A stretch of 63,980 nucleotides of DNA, filler included, from Octopus bimaculoides (GCF_001194135.2; 5 parts of 5 records of this genome joined end to end with filler, not necessarily neighbours in it), one strand, 5' to 3'; shown: positions 41,240 to 54,047, counted from the whole stretch's first letter. Numbers and translations are program-made. Notes: generated by a model from the letters alone, not told the origin.

Positions 41240-42225
41240 AACCTCAATACATGCGAGAGTAAATAAAGAAACGAGGAGAGTTGTCTTGGGATGTACCGGA
41301 TACAACAGCCAAATCTCCCTTAAATCACTCACTTTTCCTCAATTTGCGACAACGAACCAATTACTTGGCAGAGGTACAATCATCGTGTATATATATATAT
41401 CCCCCCACCCAATTTCTTTATAATTGTAATCTATGCCATTTGAAAGGTATTTCTATCAAGTTTCATGACTATATATCCATTTTCATGAAAGTTATGATGG
41501 AAAAATCGGATCATGTGAATTTTCCGAAAGTCCTCTCCCCACTCCCACCTCCATTTGTTTACGCAAATTTTTGTTTTCATATTCGTTTTCTACACCCTTT
41601 TTAAACATTTATTGGATTGTTTTATTTATTTATTTATTTTGTGTGTGACCGGGTGTTCAATTATATATTAACCGAAAATAAGACAGTTCTAACTTGAAAA
41701 AAAAAAAGAAAGAAACATGACTATTTATTTGAAAGTTTTCAGAAGAAAAAGATAACGAAATTTAAAAGTTTGTGATTAGTTCATGGCGAAACTATTTCTT
41801 CTTTACTTATTTTGTTTCGATAATTCAAGGAAGCCGAGTTATTTTCTCATATTCTTCCTTCTGGTTTCCTTTCAGAGGAGAAGAGGGACTTTTAACATTT
41901 ATCACCGGCGTCATTCAAACAGGGGAAAATATTCAACGACACCGCCTATTTATTATATTTGTAATTAGTTCAGCGAATTTAATTGTGTAATGTGTAATAA
42001 TCATCTCATCTTATGGTGATCATTAATATTTGTGGATAAGTTAGGGTGACTTAAATTTTTCAGGATCGGTGCTTCGTCACCTTCATCACAAACTTACGTT
42101 ATACCGTGAGTTGATTGTTCCCTATTTTGCAAGGACAGAGGAAATGGATTTTAATCATCAATGAATTAATAACTTCCTGGCCCTTCTTGACTTTTTGTTT
42201 GAACTTCAAATCAAACATTCTACTG
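41240..42225 (+). promoter_or_regulatory. Candidate promoter / 5' UTR exons of the ZNF gene
   Basis: Local CpG enrichment within CpG-poor flanks; acceptor TTTTTCAG at 42063; donors GTGAGT 42106, GTAAGT 42226 and GTAAGT 42308. Confidence 0.4.
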
Positions 42226-42346
42226 GTAAGTAGAAGATATATATACACCACATATTGTCCACACATGTGAACAGATCGCCAGGATATCTAAAACAAGATG
42301 TTGAACTGTAAGTGACAGAACTCGCAGATGTTTCTCAAGAATTAAT

Positions 42347-43630
42347 ATGGAAAACGTTAATCGCTTGGGAGTTTCAAACTCAGGAGTCTTAAACAATTTA
42401 GATACAAGTGCATATACAGACAATTGTGAAGAAGCAGTACACAAAAATCTTTCCGAATATAGCTGTGAGATATGTAAGAAGATGTTCTCTTCAGAATATG
42501 AAGTCTTCACACACAAAGAAATACACAATAAAGATACACTTTTTCATTGTGAGATATGCGGGAAAGCTTTCGTCTCTGACAGTGACTTAACAGAACACTT
42601 AAGAAGACATACCGAAGACAAACCGTTTCATTGTGAAATTTGTGGGAAATACTTTGTTTGTAACAGTGTCTTAACAATACACTCGAGAATACATACTGGA
42701 GAAAAACCATATCACTGTGACATCTGTGGGAAATCGTTCTCCGATAATTCTAGTCTTGTAGTTCACGAAAGAATACACACTGGAGAGAAGCCATATCATT
42801 GTGAAATTTGTGGGAAATCATTTGTCAAGACTGGTGATTTAACAAAGCATAAAAGAATTCACACTGGAGAAAAACCCTACCTCTGTAAAATCTGTGGAAA
42901 CTCTTTCACCTACAGTTCTAGTCTTGCAGTTCACAAACGTAGTCACACTGGAGAAACTCCTTTTTGTTGTGAAATCTGTGGCAAATCTTTTGTCTATAAA
43001 AGTGATTTAACAAAACACAAAAGAATCCATACTGGAGAAAAACCTTTCCATTGTGAAATCTGTGGGAAGTCTTTCACTCAGAATTCTAGTTTTGTTATCC
43101 ACCAAAGAATACACAGCGGAGAGAAACCATATCGTTGTGAAATATGTGGAGAATATTTTGTGTCAAACAGTAGGTTAACGATACACAAAAAAGTACACAC
43201 TGGAGTAAAACTTTGTAACTGTGAAATCTGTGGCAAATCGTTCTCTGATAATTCTAGTCTTGTTGTTCACATCCGTAGTCACACAGGAGAGAAACCGTAT
43301 TGTTGTGAGATATGCGGAAAAGATTTTGTCTGTAATAGTCACTTCAAAAAACACAAAAGAACACATACCGGAGAAAGACCATTCCACTGTGAAATGTGTG
43401 GGAAATCGTTCACTGATAATTCTACTCTTGTTGTTCACATACGAATACATACTGGAGAAAAACCATATCCTTGTGAAATATGTGGGAAAGCTTTTGCCCA
43501 GAACAGTGATGTAAAGAGACACAAAAGAATTCATACAGGAGAAAGACCTTATCACTGTGAAATGTGTATGAAATCTTTCGTCTCCAACAGTGATTTAACA
43601 AAGCATAAAAAAATGCACACTGGGAAATAA
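42347..43630 (+). CDS. C2H2 zinc-finger protein, 14 tandem fingers with TGEKP linkers (427 aa, intronless CDS)
   Basis: Uninterrupted ORF of CxxC-x12-HxxxH repeats; short N-terminal leader with no KRAB/BTB/SCAN domain; in-frame TGA upstream at 42302. Confidence 0.95.
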   Translation: MENVNRLGVSNSGVLNNLDTSAYTDNCEEAVHKNLSEYSCEICKKMFSSEYEVFTHKEIHNKDTLFHCEICGKAFVSDSDLTEHLRRHTEDKPFHCEICGKYFVCNSVLTIHSRIHTGEKPYHCDICGKSFSDNSSLVVHERIHTGEKPYHCEICGKSFVKTGDLTKHKRIHTGEKPYLCKICGNSFTYSSSLAVHKRSHTGETPFCCEICGKSFVYKSDLTKHKRIHTGEKPFHCEICGKSFTQNSSFVIHQRIHSGEKPYRCEICGEYFVSNSRLTIHKKVHTGVKLCNCEICGKSFSDNSSLVVHIRSHTGEKPYCCEICGKDFVCNSHFKKHKRTHTGERPFHCEMCGKSFTDNSTLVVHIRIHTGEKPYPCEICGKAFAQNSDVKRHKRIHTGERPYHCEMCMKSFVSNSDLTKHKKMHTGK

Positions 43631-43831
43631 CTGTTTCATTAAGAAAGATCTGAGAAATCATAGGTACTAGAGTGGCTATGTGGTAAGAAGCTTGGTTTCC
43701 AACCTCAGGGCTCAGGGTTCAGTCTCACTATATGTTATTTTGGGCAAGTGTCTTCTATAGCCTCAGGCCAACCAAAGCCTAGTAAGTGGATTTGGTAGAT
43801 GGAAATTGAAAGAAGCCCATCTTGTGTGTGC

Positions 43832-43878
<47 letters not shown>

Positions 43879-43989
43879 TATATCGTCGTCGTCGTCGTTT
43901 AACGTCCGCTTTCCATGCTAGCTTGGGTTGGACGATTTGACTGAGGACTGGTGAAACCAGATGGCTACACCAGGCTCCAATCTGATATA

Positions 43990-45320
43990 TATAAATATTT
44001 TGTTGACATGGAGAGAGCCTTATCTGGTGGCCAGTGTGGAAACTAGAGATATATGAGTGGTTGGTGAGAGTTATACAAGCCATGTACAGGGATGCTGTCA
44101 GTAAGGTGAGGGTTGGCAACAAATATAGCAATGAATTAAGTTTACAAGTAGGGGTTCACCAAGGATCAGTCCAATAGCAGAGGAATTTAAGTTGGGCTGT
44201 CCCTGGGAGCTCCTGTATGCTGATGACCTTGTTATTATAGTTAAATCATTACCAGAACTAGTTTGGAGTGTGGAAGGAAGATCTAGAATCAAAGGGCCTT
44301 AGAGTTAATTTAGCTAAAAACCAAAGTCTTAATAAGCTGGAAAGTGGACAAATCACAAATCCCTTCAGATAGATGGCCCTGCTTGATATGTAGAAACTCC
44401 ATAAGGTGTACCTGGTGCAAGCTATAGACTCATAAGAGGGGCAGCAATGTCAGAGAAAGGTTAACAGGGAGAATAGTCTTTGTGTGTGGCAGATGCACAG
44501 GTACAATAAACACTAGAAATATGCAAAAAATAGACTCCATCAAATGCTAGGTGGGGATTTCTAGAAGTAGTTGATAACTTCCATTATCTTGGTGACCAAG
44601 TCAGCAGTGCAAGTAGATGCTCTGAAAGTGTAGCTGTTAGAATAAGAATAGGCTGGGCAAAGTTCAAAGAGCTTCTATCTTTGTTGGTAACAAAGTGTCT
44701 CTTCCTTAGAGTGGAAAGCAGATTGTATGATGCCTGTTTGCAAACAGTCATGCGTGGGCTGTGACCATAGAGGACATGCAAAGGAATGAAGATTGTATGC
44801 TTCAGTGAATGTGCAATGTCAGTATGCATGTAAGACAGAGTGTAAGCATTTTGAGAAAAACTGGGCATAAGAAGCATCAGATGTGTGCAAGACATGACTG
44901 CACTGATATGGTCATGTGATGTGCATGGACGAGGACAGCTGTGTAAAGAAGTGCTGATCTCCAACCGAGGAGAGAACCTGTGGAAGAGGTGGCCCCAGGA
45001 AGACCTGGGATGAGGTGGTGAAGCATGATTTTGGCATCTTAGGCCTCATGGATGCAATGGCAAGTGACCGAGACCTTTGGCGATATGTTGTGCTTGAAAA
45101 GACTCATCAAGCCATGTGACCGCATAGTTGTGGCCTATGTCAGTGGCACATAGACAAAAAGCACCCATTACAGTCTCAGAGTGGTTGACGTTAGGAAACG
45201 CATCCAGCTGTAGAATTCTATGCCAAATCAGACTGGAACCTGGTGCAGCTCTCCGGCTTACCAGTTCCAGTCAAACTGTCCAACCCATGCCAGCATGGAA
45301 AGTGGACATTAAATGATGAT
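43990..45320 (+). mobile_element. RTE LINE 3' half (RT to (GAT)n tail)
   Basis: QAMYRDAVSKVRVG...VGVHQGS...CPWELLYADDL ... WYGHV...CVKKC...RPRKTWDEVV, then the shared 3' tail. Confidence 0.85.
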
Positions 45321-45940
45321 GTATTTGTGCATGTGTCTTTGTGTCTGTGTTCTTTTCCCCACCACTACATTTTGAAAACCGGTACTGGTGTGTTTATGTT
45401 CCCATGACTTAGTGGTTTGGTAAAAGAGACCAATAGAATAAGCACTTGGCTTAACACAAAAATAAGTACTGAGGTTGATATATTCAACTAAAAATTCTAC
45501 AAGGTAGTGTCCCAGCATGACCACTAAAACACGTGAAACCAAAAAAATAATCATTCATTAGTAATTCTAATTTTGCAGTTGTAATCTTGATATTTCTGAT
45601 TAGCAATAGGGTGACCAGTTGGCAGGACTGTTAGCACACTGGGCAAAATGCTTTGTGGGATTTTATCCATCTTTACAGTCCAAGTTCAAACTCTGCCATG
45701 GTCAATTTTGCTTTTCACCCTTTTGGAGTTGATAAGATAAATACCAGTTGAACACTGGGATCGATGTAATCAACTAGTTCACTCCCCCCAAATTGCAGGC
45801 CTTGTGCCAAAATATGAAACCAATATTTCTGATTAGAAAAACATCAATAAAATATTACAGATGCGAAGTTTGTTGAAAATTGCTGTCTGTTTTTGTTTAT
45901 AAATGCATCAGATTAAACTTCATTTTCATATTGTTGTTGT

Positions 45941-46080
45941 GACATTGATTGTATTTTGCATGCTTTTGTTTTTTTTTTTCATCTTTTAGTCAGTGTTCAT
46001 GACCCTTGACATTGATTGTATTTTGCATGCTTTTATTTTTTTTTTCATCTTTTAGTCAGTGTTCATGACCCTTGACATTG
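45941..46080 (+). repeat. Tandem duplication, ~67-bp unit x2
   Basis: GACATTGATTGTATTTTGCATGCTTTT...CATCTTTTAGTCAGTGTTCATGACCCTT at 45941-46007 and 46008-46073, plus a terminal GACATTG. Confidence 0.95.
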
Positions 46081-46775
46081 CTTCAGAAACTCTTGGGAAG
46101 GAGGTAGCAAAGGTTTCCTTAAACCAGGAACCTGGCTCAGATGTTTGCAGCAGAGTGGACTCTGCTGAAAGTGTTAGGGGGTGGTGCTAAACTGGGCAAC
46201 ACAGGGTGTGCAGGGTGGTATTAAGTTCTTGTCTTAGGGTAAAAGAAAATGCAGGAGGATCAGTTAATTATGATTTTATTCAACATATTCCTCTCTCAGC
46301 AGTCCTTCAGTTTTTCTAAGTCCTGTAAAAAAACTCAGAAGGTTGGGCCTCCAACCAGGCCTTTCGTGATACCCTTAAAGCCTGGAGCTTTCAGTACTCC
46401 CTTGTATTCACTGTACTAAGGTTGTCAGGACTATTTAAAGCTACTACATGTTCTAATTCAGTGTTATGGTGTGTCTGATCTTACATAGATAAGTCTACCA
46501 CAGTATGTAATTATTGTAACCATGACAACTGATAATGGGAATTTGTAACTAACAATCAACTAACAACATTAAGATGATGTCAAATAAACATTTACATTTT
46601 GATAATGTTGAAAAAAAAAAAACAGCCATAGCTAATTCTGTTTCACTCAAATCTGCATATACATGATACAAACTCTGAACCGTTCAAGCCAGAATTCCTT
46701 GCATTACATGGCATCAAAGCCATCATTAAATTCAAAAAATATCTTACAACAATTCAAGATTATTCATGAGAAGAT

Positions 46776-46938
46776 TTAACCCTTTAGCATTCAGATTAAT
46801 CCATCAACTGTAATGTGGCTGCTTATATTTAGAATAACATTGTAGGGTAGGTGTGAGAGGCCAAATCTGGTTTCGTTTCAACATAAAAACATAAAATATT
46901 TGGGCCAGATATGGCTTAATCAAATGCTAAAGGGTTAA
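46776..46938. mobile_element. TTAA-type MITE with perfect 16-bp inverted ends (including TTAA)
   Basis: TTAACCCTTTAGCATT 46776-91 / AATGCTAAAGGGTTAA 46923-38. Confidence 0.85.
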
Positions 46939-47586
46939 ACCAGTCATATCCAGCCCAAATATTCTACCAGTTTTATGTTCAAACCAGCTAGTTCTGACCT
47001 CTCACACCTAACCTACAATGTCATTCTAGAAATCACCAGTCACATCATCAAAATCTCAAAGCTACCAGATGCACGAAGAATTAAAAACAAAGTGAATAAA
47101 TCATCAACGTCTGTTGTTCATACTGGCCTGGGTTGGACAGTTTGACCACTGCTGGTAAGCTGAGGGGCTAATGCCCTTCCTAATGCCATCCACTCCAAGA
47201 TTGTAATGGGTGCTTTTACGTGCCACCAGCATGGGTGCCAGTTGCGTGACACCAGTATCTGTCTCAACTACAATTTTACTTGGCTTGATGGGTCTTCTTC
47301 TCAAGCACAGAACATTGCTGAAGGTCTTGGTCATTTGTCATTGCCTCCAAGATACCCAATGCTCGAAAGGTTCTTTTGTATGTGCCACTGGCACGGGTGC
47401 CAATTACGTGACACCAGCATCAGATACATTGCCTCCATGAGGCCCAACACTTGACAGGTGCTTTTTATGTGCCACCAGCATGAGTGTAAGTAAGAAATAA
47501 ATATTACATTTGACAGAGTAAAGTGAATGCTAAAGAGTTGAAAAAAAATCACCAAAGCTAAAGAAGGATTCGTCTTCTCAGGCTGA

Positions 47587-47819
47587 TTAACCCTTTAGAA
47601 TTCAGAATATTCTGTCAAATGTAAAGCTTATTTATTCATATCGTTTTGAATTCAACAGGTGTAGGCGTGGCTGTGGTGGTAAGAAGCTTGCTTCTCAACC
47701 ACATGGTTCCAGGTTCAGTCCAACTGTATGGCACCATGGGCAAGTGTCTTCTACTATAGCTTCGCACCGACCCAAGCTATGTGAGTGGATTTGGTAGATG
47801 GAAACTGAAACAGCCTGTC

Positions 47820-47869
<50 letters not shown>

Positions 47870-48232
47870 ATGTATATATCTATGTGTGTTTGTCCCACCA
47901 TCCCTGCTTGACAATTGGTGTTGGTGTGTTTACATCCCTTTAATCTAGCAGTTTGGCAAAAGAGATTAATAGAATAAGTACTATGCTTAAGAAATAAGTC
48001 CCAGGGTCGATTTGTTTGACTAAAACCCAAGGTGGTACTCCAGCATGGCTGCAGTCAAATGACTGAAACAAGTAAAATACCATCTCATAGATTTCATATT
48101 CCAATGATGTGATTGCTTATTTTTATAATGTCATTGTAGGGTACGTATGAGAAGTTGGATCTGGTCAATTTCAGCATAAAACAGGTAAAATATTTGGGTC
48201 TGATATGATAGGTTTAAATGCTAAAGAGTTAA
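47587..48232. mobile_element. TTAA-type MITE with a nested full-length SINE A (~47658-48080)
   Basis: TTAACCCTTTAGAATT start and AATGCTAAAGAGTTAA end; MITE halves are interrupted by a SINE head-to-tail. Confidence 0.8.
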
Positions 48233-51200
48233 AATTTGTGACTAGAGCAAAAACAACAACAACCAGCCAATAATTTCTTGCTAAGGTTCACTGTGCTTCT
48301 ACTTCATCATCAGTATTTAACGTTCATTTTCCATACTGGCATGGGTTGGATGGCTTGACAAGAACTGGCAAGGCCAGGGGCTGTACCAGATTCCATTGTT
48401 TGTTTTGGCTTGGTTTTTATGGCTGGATGCCCTTCCTAATGCCAACCACACCACAGAGTGTACTAGGTGATTTTATGTGGCACCATCACCAGTGCTTTTT
48501 AAGTGGGATTAGCACCAATGCTTTTTTATGTGGTACCAGCACCCACACCAATGCTTTTTTATGTGGTACCTTCATTTTAGGATCTTAATTCTGTTGTGGT
48601 GGCTGGGTCTTATCGAGTACAGCAATGCACCACATATCTTGTTCCTCTCTCATCTTCATAAGGTTCAAATCAAGCAGAGCTTATAAAATTGGATTTTATT
48701 AACAGAATCAATTGTGCTCAGAAGAAAATATTTTTGGTTGTCTAAGAATTTTGTTTAAAACATCAATCTTAGGTCTGGTTAGCTTTGTTGTGATGGTGCT
48801 GTGAAAGCAAGCATTCATTCTTGATTCATTGATTCAGCCAAGTTCTAATTCACCACTAGCAATGACTATCATCAAGTAAACACTGTCAAACAACAACTAA
48901 ATGAAGCCAGGTTAATCATTGCAACAATGGTAAGATAGCTGTTTGGTAAGAAGCTTGCTTCCCAACTACATGGTTCCAGGTTCAGTCCCACTGCATGGCA
49001 CTTTGAGCAAGTGTCTTCTACTAAAGCCTTGGGTTGACCAAAGCCTTGTGAGTGGATTTGGCAGATGGAAACTGAAAGAAACCCATCATATATACATGTG
49101 TGTGTGTCTTTGTCCCCCCACCATTGCTTGACAATCAATGTTGGGGCGTTACATCCCTGTAACTTAGTGGTTTGGCAAATGAAGCAAATAGGATAAGTAC
49201 TTAATAAGGCTTACAATAAGTCCTGGGGTCAATTTAAGGTGGTGCTCCATCATGGCCACAGTCAAAATGACTGAAACAAGTGAAATAGTGATGAGATCCT
49301 CAAGATTCAAGATTCTGAGTCCTGAAATCTAAATAAAACAGTTTTACAATGAAATTATCCTTCAATCATTTTATACGCGGAACATCTGATCAAGACTTGT
49401 GTTGACACAAATTATAGAATATACACAATTGATCAGCTTATGACATGAGTTGCATATTTCTTTAAATCTCAGCCAGAATTGACTCAGGCCATGTCTAACT
49501 CAATAGCACCACCTGAGAAAGACATTTAACAATGATTTTTCTTACGGTTATTCATTAGGCACTATACCTCATTCGAGTAAAGAGTTACTGGTTCCTGAGA
49601 TATAACCAGGAATAGGTGGTTTGTCTGGAATTTGTTGGAGGTATTCATCCAGGAACCATTTGAATGTTAGAGGATCTTTTTCTTTTATGTGTCTTGGCAT
49701 GTTAAAGAGAGCAGGTCCAGTTGAAGTGGAATAGTTCTGTCTTAGTGTTGGGATGTGATATGAACATGACTTTTGTAGAGGACAGATAGCATGAAGGCCA
49801 AGCCCCGGGTGAATTTTAAAGTTGATGCCAACATCATTTGGGCCAGTTTAGAAAATGCCAGAACTGAGAAGTTAAGCAATGAATGAGTGGTGACAAGAAG
49901 CTTACTTCACAACCACATGGTTCTGGGTTCAATCCCACTGTGTCGTGCCTTGGGCAAGTGTCTTCTACTATAGCCTGAGGCCATCCAAAGTCTAGTGAGT
50001 GGATTTGGTAGACGGAAACTGAAAGAAGCCCATCACATGTGTGTGTGTGTATATATGTATACATTCATGAATTTGTGTCTGTCTTTGTGCTCCCACTATC
50101 ACTTGACAACCGATGCTTGTGTGTTTATGTCCCGTTTTCTATGGTTCAGCAAAAGAGACCCATAAAGTAAGTAATAAGCTTACAATGAATAAGTCCTGGG
50201 GTCAATTCCTTCAACTAAAGTCCCTTAAGGTGGTGCCCCAGCATGGCCATAGTCAAATGACTGAAACAAGTAAAAGAGTATAACTGTAGATCATTTAACC
50301 TAATGAGGGAAGTTGTCAAGTGAAAATGTGATGTAGCCAAATGATTGATAGTAACCAAGTGAAAGGCAGTCTTGTATTGCAATATAAAATCCCACAAATG
50401 TGACATTGTTATTTATGATACTTATAACAAACAACATGGTAATACAAAAGCTACAAATATTGTAATTTTTATGAAGTAGAAAAACTGAATTGTTACAAAT
50501 CTTGTTAGCTTTGTTGTGGGAATATCATTTTCATTGAAAAATAATTTTCAAAATATTGTGACATGCAATGAAAAATATTGTACATCCACTGACAAATAAT
50601 GAAGACATTTTGCAGTAAGAAAGTGCACACCCAAACATTTACAGTTGAAAATAAGAAACTTGGAATTCCTTATTTGGCCATGTTAGGCTGAAACAAATAT
50701 AGAATTGGATTGAATTAGATTTTAAAATCTTTCTTTAATATATGGTCAAACAAAAAAACAAAAAACAAAAAAAAACAACCAGTAATATACTGCAATTTCA
50801 TTCCACCAGACTGTGTAATGAGAATGTTTGTGACTAGGACAAATTAATATGCAAATTATGTCAGTAACTTGGCAATCCAAGGTTACATTGATACTTGTAA
50901 AGTAACATATAGCTTAACCATCAAGTCATGAAATGTTATAACTGAAATGATAAAATTACATGAATCTTACAAATCAACAAAATTATATTCATGACGGAGT
51001 ATATACAATAAATTTCAAACATTATATACATGAAATAATGTATATAAAATATAGTGTATGTGCATGTATGCATACACACACACAAATAAGCACATAAATG
51101 CAAAGCAAGGTGGAAAAAACAAATAGTACTCAACTACCAAGGGTAGAGTAATATGCATTTTTTATTAAAATCAGAAAAATCTTCACAAAATGTTACTGTT

Positions 51201-51329
51201 CGTCAGACAGTTGTGATTTTACTAAAAAAAAATTTTCATGATACATGTAATATCATATGATGTTAAACAATTCAACAAATAAGCATTTAACTTTGATTAG
51301 GTGACTGGTTTTCAGAACATAACCGTGTG

Positions 51330-52380
51330 GATTTGCACCCAGTTGGTGGGGTGGAGTTAAAACTTAATGGTGAAATATATATTTTTAAAATTAAAATTGA
51401 AAATAGAAATCTCAAATGTAGATAAATTAAACCATCTAAAATAGAGATAGGATTGTACAGGATTGCAAAGCAGTGTATTAGAGAGAACAGAGATGTGGTG
51501 GGTGAGAAATGTGTGAGAATGGATAATGGCATGCTTGCACTTAGTGACTCAGAGAAGAAAGATGTGTGGAGATGCCATTATGAAAGGTTATTAAATGTGG
51601 AAAATGAATGGGAGAAGGAAAGTCTTTCAAATATTGAACCACTGAGGGACCAGCCATCAGAGTTGGCAGTAGTATAATAGATATGGCAATTAAGGATATG
51701 AAGACAGAGAAAGCCCCTGGACCATCAGGAATCACTGCCGAGATGATTAAAATAACTGGCAGTGTGGGATACAGCCTAGAGGAAAGTGTTATCACCAATA
51801 ACTGGTGTAGTAGTATTATAGTTAGCTGCTATAAGGGTAAAGGTGATGTCTAGGATACAAACAACTATAGAGGTATCAAATTGCTTGACAAGGTCATGAA
51901 AGCTACTGAGAGAGTTATAGCTCAATTGATTAGGAATAGAATTAAACTGGAAGAGATGCAGTTTGCTTTTGTACCTAGGTACCATCTTCCTAGTGTGACA
52001 GATGCAGAAAAAGTATTTGATCAAAAGTAAGCCACTGTATTTGGCTTTTGTTGACGTAGAGAAAGCTTTTGACTGAGTCCCTCACTCTGTCATCTGGTGG
52101 TCTCTAAGGAAGTTAGGAGTAGAAGAGTGGCTTGTTAGAGCTGTACAAGCCAAATACAGCAGTGCTGTCAGTAGGGTAAGAGTCGGCTATGAATACAATG
52201 ATGAATTTAGCGTACATGTAGGGCTCAATTCTCAGCCCATTCTTATTTATCATAGTCCTCAGGCCATAACAGAAAGATTCAAAACTGGGTGCCCATGGGA
52301 ACTGCTATGTGCTGATGGCCTTGCTCTTATTGCAGAATCTGGAGTATAATTGGAGAAGAAATTCCAGGTATGTAAGCAAG
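51330..52380 (+). mobile_element. RTE LINE linker + RT fragment
   Basis: YRIAKQC.RENRDVVGEKCV...W..HYERLLNVENEW; KAPGPSGITAEM; NYRGIKLL; AFVDVEKAFD; PWELLCAD. Confidence 0.85.
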
Positions 52381-53381
52381 TGTGTCNNNNNNNNNNNNNN
52401 NNNNNNNNNNNNNNNNNNNNNNNNNNNNNNTTAATTAATTAANNNNNNNNNNNNNNNNNNNNNNNNNNNNNNNNNNNNNNNNNNNNTTTTACTCTTTTAC
52501 TTGTTTCAGTCATTCGACTGCGGCCATGCTGGAGCACCGCCTTTAGTCGAGCAAATCGACCCCGGGACTTATTCTTTGTAAGCCTAGTACTTATTCTATC
52601 GGTCTCTTTTTGCCGAACCGCTAAGTGACGGGGACATAAACACACCAGCATCGGTTGTCAAGCAATGTTAGGAGGACAAACACAGACACACAAACACACA
52701 CACATGTATATATATATACATATATACGACGGGCTTCTTTCAGTTTCCGTCTACCAAATCCACTCACAAGGCTTTGGTCGGCCCGAGGCTATAGTAGAAG
52801 ACACTTGCCCAAGGTGCCACGCAGTGGGACTGAACCCGGAACCATGTGGTTATAAAACAAATAATAAATGAGTATATGCATATATATGTACAAGTATGTG
52901 TATACTTACATCTACTTGTATATATAGGTGCATATCTGGGTACAGGAAGTTGCATATATATATATAAATATATATAAATATAAAAGAAGCTTCTTTCAGT
53001 TTCCATCAACCAAATCCACTTCTAAGGCTTTGGTTGACCTGTGGCCATAATAAAAGACACTTGCCGAAGGTGCCATGCTGTGGGAATGAACCCAGAACCA
53101 TGTGATTCAGAAGCAAACTTCTGACCACACAGCCACAACTGCACCTTGTTACATACCAATCCAAGTGAGACCACCACTCTGATGAAGCTGTCCATTTTAA
53201 AATATTCAAATTTGAATTTAAGCTTTCCGTTTTTAATTATATCTAAGAACACTTTTATTTTCTTTACGTGTTTCGGTCATGTCATTTCGGTCATGCTGGA
53301 GCTTCAGACAACCATCTTAAACTCTACAACATCTCTCTTTGTCTTGCTTTTTATTTTTTATTTTTTTGTTTCTCTTTCCAG

Positions 53382-53542
53382 ACAAGGCCACAAATCCGGC
53401 CAACCGCGAAGAAGACTGGGATCATATGATGATGTTCTGCGACCGGGTCAACAAGGACATCGAGGGCCCGATGATCTCAGTACGACTCCTGGCCCACAAG
53501 CTGCAATCACCGCAGGAACGAGAAGCTCTCTTTGCCTTGCTG
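53382..53542 (+). CDS. GGA1: GGA (Golgi-localised gamma-ear Arf-binding protein) VHS exon
   Basis: AG|AC...CTG|GTGAGT; (x)KATNPANREEDWDHMMMFCDRVNKDIEGPMISVRLLAHKLQSPQEREALFALL. Confidence 0.95.
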
Positions 53543-53773
53543 GTGAGTACCACCACCTCCTGCCTTCCATGCCAGTGGCACGTAAATAGCACCATTTGAG
53601 TGGGATCGTTACCAGCGTCGCCTTACTGGCACTTGTTGGAGCCTCATGCAGTCATCTGGTTCGCCAGTCCTCAGTCAAATCGTCCAATACATGCCAGCAT
53701 GGAAAGCGGACGTTAAAGATGATGATGATATTTAGGAGACAGATATTATATATACCATTTCATTTTGTTGCAG

Positions 53774-53872
53774 ACCCTGGAGACCTGTGTGAAGAACTGT
53801 GGAAGCCGGTTCCAGTCAGAAATTGGAAAATTTAGATTTTTAAATGAAATTATCAAAGTTGTTTCCCCTAAG
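53774..53872 (+). CDS. GGA1: GGA VHS exon
   Basis: TLETCVKNCGSRFQSEIGKFRFLNEIIKVVSPK; AG/GT boundaries, phase 0. Confidence 0.97.
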
Positions 53873-54047
53873 GTATGTTGTTGGTTTTTGTAGATTTTTT
53901 GTAGGTTTTGTGTAGCCCTTGGTCAGTCCTGATCCAGGCAGACCTATGATCAAAGACGCTCCAGCTGTGACCATCCCATCTTTTATTCAGACGTAATGTC
54001 TCTACGACTGTATTATCTAATTCAACCCTAATTTGTTTCTGTTCCAG

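Noticed and set aside
43941-43960. CTGAGGA-CTGGT-GAAAC in the RTE 3' tail, resembling a hammerhead core
   Set aside because: No stem II, and stem III/NUH cannot be formed (ACCAGA/ACCGGA rather than ACCGGT).
47200-47490. Repeated GTGCCAC...GGCAC units resembling a repeat-spacer array
   Set aside because: Degenerate internal repeats of the RTE 3' region seen in several copies; eukaryotic context with no cas genes, so not CRISPR.
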